NCBI GenBank assembly: GCA_036517255.1
Contig: DATDXE010000017.1
Location: 39,599 to 103,598, forward strand
Direction: 5' to 3'
Source: Minisyncoccota bacterium
Lineage (GTDB): Bacteria; Patescibacteriota; Minisyncoccia; Phycocordibacterales; WO2-35-19
Length of the DNA: 64,000 bases
The notes under the pieces were generated by a model, which saw only the letters and a list, made by a program, of their open reading frames with translations, had not been told where the DNA came from and did not search any database. Shown one piece after another: positions 7,973-18,711 of this stretch; position 1 is the stretch's first letter, and every line of letters begins with the position of its first letter. A program made the position numbers and the translations under genes.

Positions 7973-10900
7973 ATGCAAAAAACAGCACTACCTAAGAAAT
8001 ATTTCAGTCGCTACAAGAAGCCTCTCGCGCCGATACCTAATCTGGTCAAGGATCAAGTCGATTCTTTCGATTGGTTGGTGAAAGAAGGCCTGAAGGAGGT
8101 TTTCAATGAATTTTCTTCCATCCAAGATTTCTCTGGTAAAAAATTCCAACTCGATTTCACCGATTTTGAGTTGGAGAAGCCTCGCTATGATGAATATTAT
8201 GCTAAGGATAAGAAGCTTTCCTACGAAGCCCCTCTCAAAGTAACCGTCCGCCTCACCAACAAACTGATGAGCACCGTGAAGGACCAGGAAATATTTATGG
8301 CCGATTTTCCTATTATTACCGACCACGGCACTTTTATTATAGGAGGAGTGGAGAGAGTGATTGTGCCTCAACTTACTCGATCTTCCGGAGCGATGTTTAC
8401 CAGTGTAGTCATGAAGGGCCTCAATCTTTTCGGGGCAAAAATTATTCCAGGTAGAGGAGCTTGGATCGAAATCGAAACTGAGGTAGATAAAAGTTTGTTT
8501 GTCCGTATCGATAGAAAAAGGAAGTTCCCAGCCACTGTACTTCTAAGAGCTTTTGGTGCTGAAACTGATACTGATATTTTTGATTTATTTAAAAATAATC
8601 CTGCAGCTAAAGAATATATAGAGAAAACTTTGGCCAAGGATCATGCCAAAACAGTGGATGATTCTTTTATAGAGATACATAGGAGGTTACGTGATGGCGA
8701 TTTGGCGACAGCAGAGAATGCTCGTGAATTTGTCAAAGGCCTATTCGGGGTGGAGCGATATGACCTGTCAAAAGTTGGTCGTTTCCGTTTCAATTCTAGG
8801 TTCGGTAAAACTCTCGGAGGGAAGGAAGCGGATAGGAAAACTCTTTCTCTCGACGATCTCGCTACTATCATAAATCACATCGTCACTCTCAATATTACTC
8901 CAGGTTCTACGCCTGACGATATCGATCACCTTTCTTCTAGGAGAGTGCGTTATGTCGGTGAACTTTTCCAGCAGAAAATCCGTTTTGGTATGGCTCAAAT
9001 CAAGCGTAATATTCAAAATAGGATGTCGACTATCGAAACTGACGTCACTCTTCCAGTACAATTTATTTCGCCTAAGCCGTTGCAGGCTCGTATCAAAGAA
9101 TTTTTTGCTACCAACCAGCTCTCACAATTTATGAGTCAGGAAAATTCCCTGGCTGAAATCGAACATTTACGTACTCTCTCGGCTCTCGGCCCTGGAGGCC
9201 TCAATCGTTCTCGCGCTGGATTCGAAGTGCGCGATGTACATCCTTCGCACTACGGTAGGCTTTGTCCCATCCACACTCCTGAAGGTCCAAACATCGGCCT
9301 AGTACTTCACCTTGCCGCTTATGCTCGTATCAACGAATTTGGCATTATCGAAACTCCTTATGCCAAAGTAAAAAATGGTAAAGTTTCAAGTGATGTGGTT
9401 TACCTCAACGCATTGGAAGATGAAAAATTCAATATCGCTCATGCCGCTACTCCATGTGACGAAGAAGGTAACATTATTCCAGAGACTGTGGAGATACGAC
9501 ATGCAGGTAAGCCGACCCTCTGTCCTAAGAGCAAGGTTGACTATATAGATGTAGCTACTAACCAAGCTTTTTCCGTTGCTACATCCATGATTCCATTCTT
9601 GGAAAATGATGATGCGAACAGGTCACTCATGGGTTCCAACATGCAAAAGCAAGCTGTTACCTGCGTTACTCCTGAAGCACCGCTTGTGGCTACCGGTATG
9701 GAGGCCCCTGCCATGAGGGATACAGGAAGGCTCATTCTTTCCAAAACTGAAGGTACTGTTACCGCTGTCGATGGAAGAAGCATCAAGGTGAAGGATGGCA
9801 AGGGCGAAACTCATGAATACAAACTGATAAACTTTTCCAAAACGAATTCCGCTACCTGTTTCCACCAGAGACCTTCGGTTGATTTGGGTGACAAAGTAAA
9901 AAAGGGCGATGTCCTAGCGGATACTTTGACTAGTCAGAATGGGGAAATGGCTATCGGTCAAAACGTGCTGGTAGCTTTCCTTTCTTGGAGTGGCGCCAAC
10001 TATGAGGATGCAATCATTCTTTCCGAGCGTCTGATCAAAGAAAATAAATTTACTTCGATGCACATCGACGAATTTGTAGTCAGTGTGCGTGATACTAAGC
10101 TTGGTCCTGAAGTTACCACTTGTGATATTCCAAATGTGGGCGAAACCAAACTTCGTAACTTGGCGGAGGACGGTATTATCCGTGTCGGCGCTGAGGTCAG
10201 GCCAGGTGATATTCTTGTCGGTAAGATTACTCCAAAAGGTGAAACTCAACTTACTCCGGAAGAACGCTTGCTCCGATCGCTCTTCGGAGAAAAAGCTCGT
10301 GATGTGAAGGATACTTCCAAGAGGATGGAAGGAGGTAAAAAGGGTAGGGTAATCAGGGTGCAGGTATTTTCTCGAGAACAGGGTGATAAGCTAGACTCTG
10401 GTATTTTGAAAAGAATACATATTGAAATTGCTCAAATAAGAAATGTTTCAGTCGGCGATAAACTTGCAGGTCGACATGGTAACAAGGGAGTCATTTCCAA
10501 AATATTACCAGTCGAGGATATGCCATACATGGCTGATGGTACTCCGATGGATGTCATCCTTACTCCTCTCGGTGTGCCTAGCCGTATGAACTTGGGTCAA
10601 ATTTTAGAACTTCATCTCGGGTTAGCCGCGAACACTTTGAAATATCAAGCTGTCGTACCTCCTTTTTCTGGAGCTACTCATGCTGAAGTAAAGGAAGAAT
10701 TACAGAAGGCGGGATTCAGCGAAACAGGAAAAATCCAACTCTATGATGGTAGGACGGGCATGGCTTTTGAGAAGGAAACAGCTGTCGGTTATATGTATGT
10801 CTTGAAGCTTGACCACATGGTGGAGGACAAAATTCACATGCGTTCCATCGGGCCTTACTCTCTTATTACCCAACAGCCTCTTGGTGGTAAGGCTCAGGGC

Positions 10901-11143
10901 GGAGGCCAGAGGTTTGGAGAAATGGAGGTCTGGGCACTCTTGGGTCATGGTGCTGCTTATGTCCTGCGAGAAATGCTCACTATTAAGTCCGACGATATCG
11001 TAGGTAGGAGCGCCGCTTTCGATTCCATCGTCAAGGGAGAGAGGATAAGTGAGTCCAATATCCCAGCTTCCTTCAATGTGCTGATAAACAATCTTCGTGG
11101 CCTGGCTCTCGACGTCGACATGATAAAGGAAATTCAAAATTAA
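7973..11143 (+). CDS. rpoB: RNA polymerase beta subunit
   Basis: GDKLAGRHGNKGV, PEGPNIGL, GGQRFGEME. Confidence 0.99.
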   Translation: MQKTALPKKYFSRYKKPLAPIPNLVKDQVDSFDWLVKEGLKEVFNEFSSIQDFSGKKFQLDFTDFELEKPRYDEYYAKDKKLSYEAPLKVTVRLTNKLMSTVKDQEIFMADFPIITDHGTFIIGGVERVIVPQLTRSSGAMFTSVVMKGLNLFGAKIIPGRGAWIEIETEVDKSLFVRIDRKRKFPATVLLRAFGAETDTDIFDLFKNNPAAKEYIEKTLAKDHAKTVDDSFIEIHRRLRDGDLATAENAREFVKGLFGVERYDLSKVGRFRFNSRFGKTLGGKEADRKTLSLDDLATIINHIVTLNITPGSTPDDIDHLSSRRVRYVGELFQQKIRFGMAQIKRNIQNRMSTIETDVTLPVQFISPKPLQARIKEFFATNQLSQFMSQENSLAEIEHLRTLSALGPGGLNRSRAGFEVRDVHPSHYGRLCPIHTPEGPNIGLVLHLAAYARINEFGIIETPYAKVKNGKVSSDVVYLNALEDEKFNIAHAATPCDEEGNIIPETVEIRHAGKPTLCPKSKVDYIDVATNQAFSVATSMIPFLENDDANRSLMGSNMQKQAVTCVTPEAPLVATGMEAPAMRDTGRLILSKTEGTVTAVDGRSIKVKDGKGETHEYKLINFSKTNSATCFHQRPSVDLGDKVKKGDVLADTLTSQNGEMAIGQNVLVAFLSWSGANYEDAIILSERLIKENKFTSMHIDEFVVSVRDTKLGPEVTTCDIPNVGETKLRNLAEDGIIRVGAEVRPGDILVGKITPKGETQLTPEERLLRSLFGEKARDVKDTSKRMEGGKKGRVIRVQVFSREQGDKLDSGILKRIHIEIAQIRNVSVGDKLAGRHGNKGVISKILPVEDMPYMADGTPMDVILTPLGVPSRMNLGQILELHLGLAANTLKYQAVVPPFSGATHAEVKEELQKAGFSETGKIQLYDGRTGMAFEKETAVGYMYVLKLDHMVEDKIHMRSIGPYSLITQQPLGGKAQGGGQRFGEMEVWALLGHGAAYVLREMLTIKSDDIVGRSAAFDSIVKGERISESNIPASFNVLINNLRGLALDVDMIKEIQN

Positions 11144-11152
11144 TTAAAATTT

Positions 11153-14100
11153 ATGAGACCAAATCAATCACAAGAGGCAAATAATTTCGAAGCTATGAAA
11201 ATAGCTCTCGCTTCGCCGGAGCGTATCAAGGAGTGGTCGTTCGGTGAGGTCACCAAGCCTGAAACCATCAACTATCGCACCCAAAGGAGCGAGCGCAGTG
11301 GTCTTTTCGACGAGAAAATATTCGGTCCGGACAAGGATTTTGAATGTTACTGTGGAAAATATCGCGGCATCCGCTACAAAGGCATTGTCTGTGAAAAATG
11401 TGGTGTTGAAATCACTCGCTCGATTGTGCGCCGTGAAAGGATGGGCCACATCGAGCTTGCTGCTCCCGTCTCTCATGTTTGGTTTCTCAAATCGATGCCA
11501 TCGAGGATTTCTCTTATTCTCGGCATTCCTGCACAAGACATAGAGAAGGTGGTTTATTTTGCTGGTTATATCATCACTCGTGTTTCTGCTGAAGAAAAAG
11601 CTGGTATCTTGCGCGATCTCGATTCAGAATACAAATCCAAATCAAAACAACTAAATGAGGAAAAAGCTAAGGAATCTTTGAAAGAAAGGCTTCTCGCTAC
11701 CAAGAAGGAAATCGAAAGCTTGGTTGAAGGTAAAGTCTTGGACGAAGTCGAATATCACAAATATTCAGTGAAGTACGGTACTCTTTTCGAAGCTCAAATA
11801 GGTGCTGAAGCCATTTTCGATATTTTCAAGAAAATAGATATGGTTAAATTGGAGAAGAAGTTACTCGAAGAATACGAAAAAGCTGGAGCTATGGAATCAG
11901 CCAAAATTGCCAAGCGGCTTTCCACTATTCAGGCCATGATCAAATCAGGAGTGCGTCCAGAATGGATGTTCCTTACCCGTATTCCAGTTATTCCTCCGGC
12001 TCTTCGCCCGATGGTGCCTCTTGATGGTGGCAGGTATGCTACAAGCGATGTTAATGACTTATATAGGAGAGTAATCAATCGCAACAACCGATTGAAAAAA
12101 TTGAAGGAGATCCATGCTCCAGATGTTATTTTGCGTAATGAAAAAAGAATTTTGCAAGAAGCTGTGGACGCTCTGCTCGACAACTCCATCCGTCATGGTT
12201 CTCAAAGTGGAGCTACTGCAGGTATCCAGACAAAAGCTAGAGCTTTGAAATCGCTCTCTGATAACCTCAAAGGTAAAAAAGGCCTTTTCCGTCTGAACCT
12301 TTTGGGTAAACGCGTCGATTATTCTGGTCGTTCGGTTATCGTCGTTGGTCCCGACCTCAAATTACATCAGTGTGGTTTGCCGAAGTATATGGCTCTCGAA
12401 CTCTTCAGACCTTTTATTATTTCCGAACTTATCAAGAAGGAGCTGGCTTACAACGTACGTGGAGCCGGGCGACTTATCGATGAAGCTCTGCCTGAGGTTT
12501 GGGCTATTCTTGAAGAGGTAATCAAGGGTAAATATGTACTCTTGAACCGAGCTCCTACTCTTCACCGATTGGGCATCCAAGCTTTCCAGCCGATTCTGGT
12601 TGAGGGAAGTGCTATTCAGGTGCACCCTCTTACTTGTAATGCTTTTAATGCCGATTTCGATGGCGACACTATGTCAGTCCATGTTCCTCTTTCTGAAGAG
12701 GCACAGATGGAAGCCAAGGAAATCATGGCCGCCAATAAAAACATCTTGAAGCCGGGAAGCGGCGATCCTACTATTTCGAACAAACCCCTCGATATTATTC
12801 TGGGTTGTTATTGGATGACAAAAGACGTATCGGGAGAAAAAGGGGAGAACATGATTTTTGAGGATCCAAACAGTGCCATCATTGCTTACAACTTCAGTGC
12901 TGTTAGTTTACGCGCTAAGATTAAAGTTCTAGGCAACGATTCTCTGAAGTACGCACAATTCGGAGGTAAGATTTTCGAAACTACCATTGGTAAAATCCTC
13001 TTCAACTTCGTATTGCCTCCAGATTATCCTTTTGTCAACTATGAAGTAACTAAGAAGAAATTAGTTCAGCTTGTCGACGATCTTACTAAAATTTATGGCA
13101 TAGGATCTGTACCGGCCATCATGGATAAAATAAAAGAATTTGGTTTTCGTTACGCTACTGTTTCTGGTACTACTTGGGCCATGTACGACATCAATGTGCC
13201 GGAGGAAAAGCACGCTGTTATTGAAGGGGCTTTGAAGAAAGTGGAGGAAGTTTCTAATCAGTACGATCAAGGTTTGGTTTCGGAAGAAGAGAAGAAAATA
13301 AAAAATATTGAAATTTGGACAGCCGCTAAAGACGATATTGAGAAGAAAGTGCAGGATTCGCTTGATAAAACAGGCTCTGTTTACGATCTAGTCAATTCTG
13401 GAGCCAGAGGTTCCTTCGGACAGCTTACTCAGATGATTGGTATGAAAGGACTTATCGTGAACACTGCTGGAGAAACTATCGATTTTCCTATCACTTCTTC
13501 TTACAAAGAAGGCCTGACTCCGCTTGAATACTTCATCACTACTCACGGTGCTCGTAAGGGTATGACGGACACGGCTCTCAATACCGCTAAAGCCGGTTAT
13601 CTCACGAGGAGACTTTTCGATGTAGCCCAGGATGCTATTGTTTTGGAAGAGGACTGTAAAACCAAAGAGGGTATTATAATTAGTCGAGAAACCTCTGCAG
13701 GTATGGAAGTATCTCTCTCTAAACTGGTCAAGGGCCGCTACCTTTCACATGATGTTCTCGATAAAGAGGGTAAAACTCTGTTTGAAAGGAATCATTATTT
13801 AACTAAGGAAGATGCGAAGGCGATAGAAGACGCGGGAGTAGAGAGTGTTACCGTCCGTTCTCCTCTTACTTGCAAAACTTTAAGTGGCGTTTGTATCTAT
13901 TGCTACGGCTCTGATCTCGGTCGCGATGAGGTTATAGATATTGGTGAAGCTATCGGTACTGTGGCTGCTCAGGCGATCGGCGAGCCTGGTACTCAGCTGA
14001 CGATGAGGACCTTCCATGCTGGAGGTACCGCATCTGTCGGAGGCGACATTACTCAAGGTTTGCCTCGTGTTGAGGAAATTTTCGAAAATCGTACTCCTAA

Positions 14101-14812
14101 AAATCCTGCCCTAGTCTCACATATCGATGGTATCGTGTCCGAGATAAAGAGTGACGGTAAAGACAGAACCATAATACTGGCTTCTTCAGGGGCAGAAAAA
14201 AGTAAAGCTAAATCAAATCTTGAATATGCCGTAAACTTCAACCGCGTTATCTTGGTGAAGCAAGGGGATGAAATAAAGAAAGGTGATGTTATGACTGATG
14301 GTTCCATTGATCTTGATGAATTGTTCAAGTATGCCGGTAAGGAAGCTACCCAGAATTACATCATCGATGAAATTACCAAAATTTATGAGCTTCAGGGAGA
14401 GCCAGTTTCTAGGAAACATATAGAAGTTATCATAAGGCAAATGTTTAGCCGTCGTAAAATCAAGAGCCCAGGCGATACCACCTTCTCTTCAAGTGATGTT
14501 ATTCCTCTTTCTGAAGTGGAAAAAGTAAATAATGTCATGAAGGAGCAGAATAAAGAAGAAGCCAAGACGGAGGCTGTCTTGCTTGGGATATCAGAGGTTT
14601 CTTTGACTAGGACTAGTTTCCTCTCATCCGCTTCCTTTGAGCGCACCACCAGGTCTCTTATCACCAACTCACTTCGTGGAGCCGTGGACAACCTTACCGG
14701 CCTCAAGGAAAATGTCATCATCGGCCGTGTCATCCCTGCTGGTACCGGTTTCCCAGGTAGCCGCAAGTTCAAGATGATACAAGAATTGCAGGAGAAGTTG
14801 GATAGAAGATAA
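11153..14812 (+). CDS. rpoC: RNA polymerase beta' subunit
   Basis: NADFDGD catalytic motif, Zn finger, TQLTMRTFH. Confidence 0.99.
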   Translation: MRPNQSQEANNFEAMKIALASPERIKEWSFGEVTKPETINYRTQRSERSGLFDEKIFGPDKDFECYCGKYRGIRYKGIVCEKCGVEITRSIVRRERMGHIELAAPVSHVWFLKSMPSRISLILGIPAQDIEKVVYFAGYIITRVSAEEKAGILRDLDSEYKSKSKQLNEEKAKESLKERLLATKKEIESLVEGKVLDEVEYHKYSVKYGTLFEAQIGAEAIFDIFKKIDMVKLEKKLLEEYEKAGAMESAKIAKRLSTIQAMIKSGVRPEWMFLTRIPVIPPALRPMVPLDGGRYATSDVNDLYRRVINRNNRLKKLKEIHAPDVILRNEKRILQEAVDALLDNSIRHGSQSGATAGIQTKARALKSLSDNLKGKKGLFRLNLLGKRVDYSGRSVIVVGPDLKLHQCGLPKYMALELFRPFIISELIKKELAYNVRGAGRLIDEALPEVWAILEEVIKGKYVLLNRAPTLHRLGIQAFQPILVEGSAIQVHPLTCNAFNADFDGDTMSVHVPLSEEAQMEAKEIMAANKNILKPGSGDPTISNKPLDIILGCYWMTKDVSGEKGENMIFEDPNSAIIAYNFSAVSLRAKIKVLGNDSLKYAQFGGKIFETTIGKILFNFVLPPDYPFVNYEVTKKKLVQLVDDLTKIYGIGSVPAIMDKIKEFGFRYATVSGTTWAMYDINVPEEKHAVIEGALKKVEEVSNQYDQGLVSEEEKKIKNIEIWTAAKDDIEKKVQDSLDKTGSVYDLVNSGARGSFGQLTQMIGMKGLIVNTAGETIDFPITSSYKEGLTPLEYFITTHGARKGMTDTALNTAKAGYLTRRLFDVAQDAIVLEEDCKTKEGIIISRETSAGMEVSLSKLVKGRYLSHDVLDKEGKTLFERNHYLTKEDAKAIEDAGVESVTVRSPLTCKTLSGVCIYCYGSDLGRDEVIDIGEAIGTVAAQAIGEPGTQLTMRTFHAGGTASVGGDITQGLPRVEEIFENRTPKNPALVSHIDGIVSEIKSDGKDRTIILASSGAEKSKAKSNLEYAVNFNRVILVKQGDEIKKGDVMTDGSIDLDELFKYAGKEATQNYIIDEITKIYELQGEPVSRKHIEVIIRQMFSRRKIKSPGDTTFSSSDVIPLSEVEKVNNVMKEQNKEEAKTEAVLLGISEVSLTRTSFLSSASFERTTRSLITNSLRGAVDNLTGLKENVIIGRVIPAGTGFPGSRKFKMIQELQEKLDRR

Positions 14813-14818
14813 TTAATT

Positions 14819-14850
14819 GAAAGATGGAAAAAAGGAAAGATGGAAAGATT
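14819..14850 (+). repeat. Four tandem 8-mers (GAAAGATG-like), left array
   Basis: gaaagatg gaaaaaag gaaagatg gaaagatt. Confidence 0.75.
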
Positions 14851-14874
14851 TGGGGAGGGGGAAATTAAAAGATT

Positions 14875-15249
14875 ATGGTTTACAAAAGATTCGAGGAGAT
14901 AAAAGTGTGGGATGAATCGAGAAACTTTGTAAATGACATATACAATCTTTTCAGAACCCATCAAAAGCTTAGCAAAGACTATTCTCTAGTGGATCAACTA
15001 AAAAGAGCCTCATACTCTATAATGCTCAATATTGCTGAAGGCTTTGAGAGAGGATCAAATAAAGAGTTTGCTAACTTCCTTAATATTGCTAAGGGTTCTG
15101 CTGGCGAAGTTCGCTCGATTCTCTATATTTTGAAAGATAATCAGTATATAAACGAAAGTGAATTTGAGAATCTTTGTTTGAAGGTCGAAAATATTTCCAC
15201 CCAGCTTTCAAACTTCAGAAAATTCTTGATTGCTAATATAAAAAAATAA
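14875..15249 (+). CDS. Four-helix-bundle protein (23S rRNA IVS-protein-like, TIGR02436 type)
   Basis: FEEIKVW, DQLKRASYSIMLNIAEGFER, FLNIAKGSAGEVRS. Confidence 0.9.
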   Translation: MVYKRFEEIKVWDESRNFVNDIYNLFRTHQKLSKDYSLVDQLKRASYSIMLNIAEGFERGSNKEFANFLNIAKGSAGEVRSILYILKDNQYINESEFENLCLKVENISTQLSNFRKFLIANIKK

Positions 15250-15250
15250 A

Positions 15251-15682
15251 ATGGAAGCAGTTGGAAAAACAAATACCCCATTCATATATCCTTCTGTCGA
15301 AAAAGAGATTGGAGAAATCGAGAGAGTGGCTAGAGAATTGAATTTAGGAAAGTCCTTCGCCAATGATTTTTTAGAGAGATCCAAACATACAGAACTTGTA
15401 GAACTATCTGAGAATGATTGGTCAAGGCTAGAAAATACAGACTCGTTTGTTATTTCTGTTGGTGATTGGGATTCTGTAGCGAAAAATACCCTCGCCGGTC
15501 GGCTGGAAAATCCACGTAATTCAGAATTATTGAAGTCAAAAATTGAATCTGGGGTAGTTCTCGATGCTCCTATTGTTGTAAAGATAGGAGATGTGTTGCA
15601 TTTAGTTAGTGGCAATACACGTCTTATGGTAGCAAGAGCTTTGGGAATTAGACCGAAGGTATTGATTGTGGACATGAACTAA
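15251..15682 (+). CDS. ParB/Srx-like N-terminal domain protein
   Basis: APIVV...LVSGNTRLMVARALG resembles the GxxR motif. Confidence 0.6.
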   Translation: MEAVGKTNTPFIYPSVEKEIGEIERVARELNLGKSFANDFLERSKHTELVELSENDWSRLENTDSFVISVGDWDSVAKNTLAGRLENPRNSELLKSKIESGVVLDAPIVVKIGDVLHLVSGNTRLMVARALGIRPKVLIVDMN

Positions 15683-15685
15683 TTT

Positions 15686-15717
15686 AATCTTTCCATTTTT
15701 CCATTTTTAAATCTTTC
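15686..15717 (-). repeat. Four tandem 8-mers, right array, inverted relative to 14819-14850
   Basis: aatctttc catttttc cattttta aatctttc. Confidence 0.75.
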
Positions 15718-15720
15718 CTT

Positions 15721-17427
15721 ATGACTTCCTCCCCCGTAGAACAAATAAAAGATCGGCTCGATGTGGTCGAGGTTCTTGGGTCGTATATAAAACTAGATAA
15801 GGCTGGTAGAAACTATAAAGCTCGTTGCCCTTTCCACAATGAAAAGACACCCTCTTTTATCGTCTCTCCCGAAAGGCAGTCCTTCTACTGTTTTGGTTGT
15901 CAGGCTAAGGGTGATATGTTCGAATTTGTCCAAAAGTTTGAAGGTCTTGATTTTAGGGAAACTCTGAAGCTCCTCGCGGAAAAAGCTGGAGTAGAACTCA
16001 AAAATTATGACAACCACGCTCATGGTGAAGAGAAGAATAGAAAAGAAAAAATAATCGAAGTTCTTGATGCAGCTACTACTTTGTATGAAAATCTTTTGGC
16101 CAGTGGAAATCGTGTGTCCACAGAAATAATGCGTTATTTAGAGGCCAGGGGGATTAAAAAAGAAACTATAAAGAAATGGCGAATCGGATGGGCTCCAGAA
16201 GGGTGGAGAACAGCGCTCACTGGTCTAGGAGAAATGGGATTTAAAGAAAAAGAATTATTAGAGGCAGGATTGATCAAAAAAACTGAAGATGGAAGCAAAA
16301 CATACGATGTATTTCGAGGCCGAATCATGTTTCCCATCTTTGATCCGAGTGGGGAGGTGATCGCTTTCTCCGGGCGCATCTATAATGATCTCGGCAATTC
16401 TCCTAAATATGTCAATACTCCCGAAACTTTAGTTTTCAAAAAATCTGATGTGCTTTATGGTTTACACGAAGCTAAAAGCGAAATACGTCGGCTCGACTAT
16501 ACTGTATTAGTCGAGGGCCAGGTAGACTTAGTTCTCTCACATCAGGCTGGAGTGCGTAATACTGTCGCCAGTTCGGGCACTGCCCTCACGGAATCCCATT
16601 TGAAGCGGATTCAGAAATTGTCGAACCGTTGTATTATCGCCTACGACAGCGATCCCGCTGGTCGGAGTGCCGCCAAAAGGAGTGGCGAGCTTGCTCTTTC
16701 TCTTGGTATGGAAGTAAAAATTGCTTCTCTGCCTGACGGGGAAGATCCGGGCGATGTTATCTTGAAATCGGGAGATAAGTGGAAAGAGCTCTTGAAATCA
16801 TCCGTTAATCTGGTAGAATTCGTAATCGACGAAGCGGTACGGAAAAATAAAAAAATTGGTGAACTCCCACGTGAGTTCAATAAGTCCGTAATACCACTTC
16901 TATCTTTGATTCAAAGCGAGATGGCCCGCTCTGAATTTGTAACTCTTTCTGCTCGCAAGACTGGCTTGCCAGAGAGTAGTATTTTGGGAGATTTAAAAAA
17001 ATTTTCTAGTAAGGCCTTACTCTCAAATAATGAGAGAGAGCAAAATAAAGAAACTTCGGTTGAGCCGTTTGTCCTTACTCCGGAAGAAATGCTTGCTGGT
17101 ATTATCGTTGGTTCTCTTCTTCCAGAAAAAAATCAGGAAGAAATCAGAGAACGGTTTAAGGAAATGTTGGGAGAAGAATTTTTTCGGGAGCTTGTCGAAA
17201 ATTCAAGATTCGACAAGGATACTCTCATCTTTGAAACTGAGGCTCGTTTCGATGGGTTTGATATAAGCGAAGTTGCTCAGGAGTTACTTACAAGGATAGA
17301 AAAAAGCATTCTACTACGACGTCTTTCTGGATTGGGTAGAGAGCTTGATAATGTCGAGAGTGATTCGGAAAGGGATAAATTAAAAGAGGAGGCGCTCTCT
17401 GTTTCAAAAAGACTTTCTAATATTTAA
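15721..17427 (+). CDS. dnaG: DNA primase
   Basis: CPFHNEKTPSF Zn finger, FRGRIMFPI, PKYVNTPET, TOPRIM VEG and DSD. Confidence 0.97.
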   Translation: MTSSPVEQIKDRLDVVEVLGSYIKLDKAGRNYKARCPFHNEKTPSFIVSPERQSFYCFGCQAKGDMFEFVQKFEGLDFRETLKLLAEKAGVELKNYDNHAHGEEKNRKEKIIEVLDAATTLYENLLASGNRVSTEIMRYLEARGIKKETIKKWRIGWAPEGWRTALTGLGEMGFKEKELLEAGLIKKTEDGSKTYDVFRGRIMFPIFDPSGEVIAFSGRIYNDLGNSPKYVNTPETLVFKKSDVLYGLHEAKSEIRRLDYTVLVEGQVDLVLSHQAGVRNTVASSGTALTESHLKRIQKLSNRCIIAYDSDPAGRSAAKRSGELALSLGMEVKIASLPDGEDPGDVILKSGDKWKELLKSSVNLVEFVIDEAVRKNKKIGELPREFNKSVIPLLSLIQSEMARSEFVTLSARKTGLPESSILGDLKKFSSKALLSNNEREQNKETSVEPFVLTPEEMLAGIIVGSLLPEKNQEEIRERFKEMLGEEFFRELVENSRFDKDTLIFETEARFDGFDISEVAQELLTRIEKSILLRRLSGLGRELDNVESDSERDKLKEEALSVSKRLSNI

Positions 17428-17459
17428 ATTAAAAATTAATTCATTCTTCGAAAAACCAG

Positions 17460-18671
17460 ATGTCAAAAAAAATAGCTAAAACTAAAAAATATAAAAAACT
17501 AAAAACAGCTCGCTTGAAAAAGGTGGTGAAGAAGCCTGCAAAAAAAGCCATAAAGAAAGAGGTAAAATCAAAGAAGCTTAAAAAAGAAGCTCCAGCTCAA
17601 AAGGCAAAGAAGTCAGCTATGGATGCCGGTGCTCTTCGCCTCATAGCCAAAGGTAAGGATAGAGGCTTCATTACCTACGATGAAATATTAAAAGAATTTC
17701 CAACTGTCGAGAATGATGTCATTTTTCTGGAAGGATTGTATGAAAAACTTTCAGGTTCAGGTATCGATGTGCTCGAAGGAGGCGGTCTTTTGGATGAATC
17801 GGCCTCAAACAAAACTCTCGATTATGTAAAAGAAGATGGTACTTATGATTCTATACAGATGTATTTGAAAGAAATTGGTCAACACCAACTCATTACTGGA
17901 GCTATGGAAAAAGAGCTGGCTAAAAGAATTGCTCTTGGCGATCTCGAGGCTAAAAATCTTTTAGCTCGTGCCAACCTGCGACTAGTAGTTTCTATCGCCA
18001 AAAAATATATTGGCCGTTCTGCCGACCTTACTCTCCTCGATCTTATCCAGGAAGGGAACCTGGGGCTTTTCAAAGCGGTTGATAAATTCGATTGGACCAA
18101 GGGTTATAAATTTTCCACCTATGCTACTTGGTGGATTCGACAGGCTATTACTCGTGCTCTTGCCGATCAATCACGCACTATCCGTGTGCCGGTGCATATG
18201 GTTGAAACTATTGCTAAATATAAGCAGGTAGTGAGGAGGCTTTCTCAAGATTTGGGTCGCGATCCACTAGCTGAGGAAATTGCGCTGGAAATGAATATCG
18301 AACCGGAGAAGGTCTATATGATCGAAAAAATCGATCAAGCCACTGTATCCCTTGAGACTCCAGTAGGGGATGAGGAAGACAAGTCGACTTTAGGAGACTT
18401 CATGGCTGATGATAAAATACTTTCTCCTGATCAGGAATCCAATCGTCGCATTATTCGTGACCAACTGATGGAAATTCTAGCCGAGCTTCCGGAAAAAGAG
18501 AGGAGAATTATAGAAATGAGGAACGGCTTAGCCGATGGCATCTATCATACTTTGGAAGATGTGGGTAAAGAGTTTGGGGTTACTCGTGAACGTATCCGTC
18601 AAATCGAAGCCAAAGCTCTGGAAAAAATGCGTCAGCATGAAAAGGCAAACCGTCTTCAGAATTATTTATAA
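17460..18671 (+). CDS. rpoD: Primary sigma-70 factor with Lys-rich N-terminus
   Basis: [42 protein letters not shown]; follows dnaG. Confidence 0.95.
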   Translation: MSKKIAKTKKYKKLKTARLKKVVKKPAKKAIKKEVKSKKLKKEAPAQKAKKSAMDAGALRLIAKGKDRGFITYDEILKEFPTVENDVIFLEGLYEKLSGSGIDVLEGGGLLDESASNKTLDYVKEDGTYDSIQMYLKEIGQHQLITGAMEKELAKRIALGDLEAKNLLARANLRLVVSIAKKYIGRSADLTLLDLIQEGNLGLFKAVDKFDWTKGYKFSTYATWWIRQAITRALADQSRTIRVPVHMVETIAKYKQVVRRLSQDLGRDPLAEEIALEMNIEPEKVYMIEKIDQATVSLETPVGDEEDKSTLGDFMADDKILSPDQESNRRIIRDQLMEILAELPEKERRIIEMRNGLADGIYHTLEDVGKEFGVTRERIRQIEAKALEKMRQHEKANRLQNYL

Positions 18672-18677
18672 AAAGTG

Positions 18678-18710
18678 ATAGCGGGCGGGCCTTGAGGGTC
18701 CGCCCGCTGT
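18678..18710. terminator. GC-rich hairpin between convergent genes
   Basis: atagcgggcgggcc-ttga-gggtccgcccgctgt. Confidence 0.7.
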
Positions 18711-18711
18711 G

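Noticed and set aside
14875-15249. Diversity-generating retroelement, given the Avd-like fold
   Set aside because: No reverse transcriptase or template/variable repeat pair is seen in the window.
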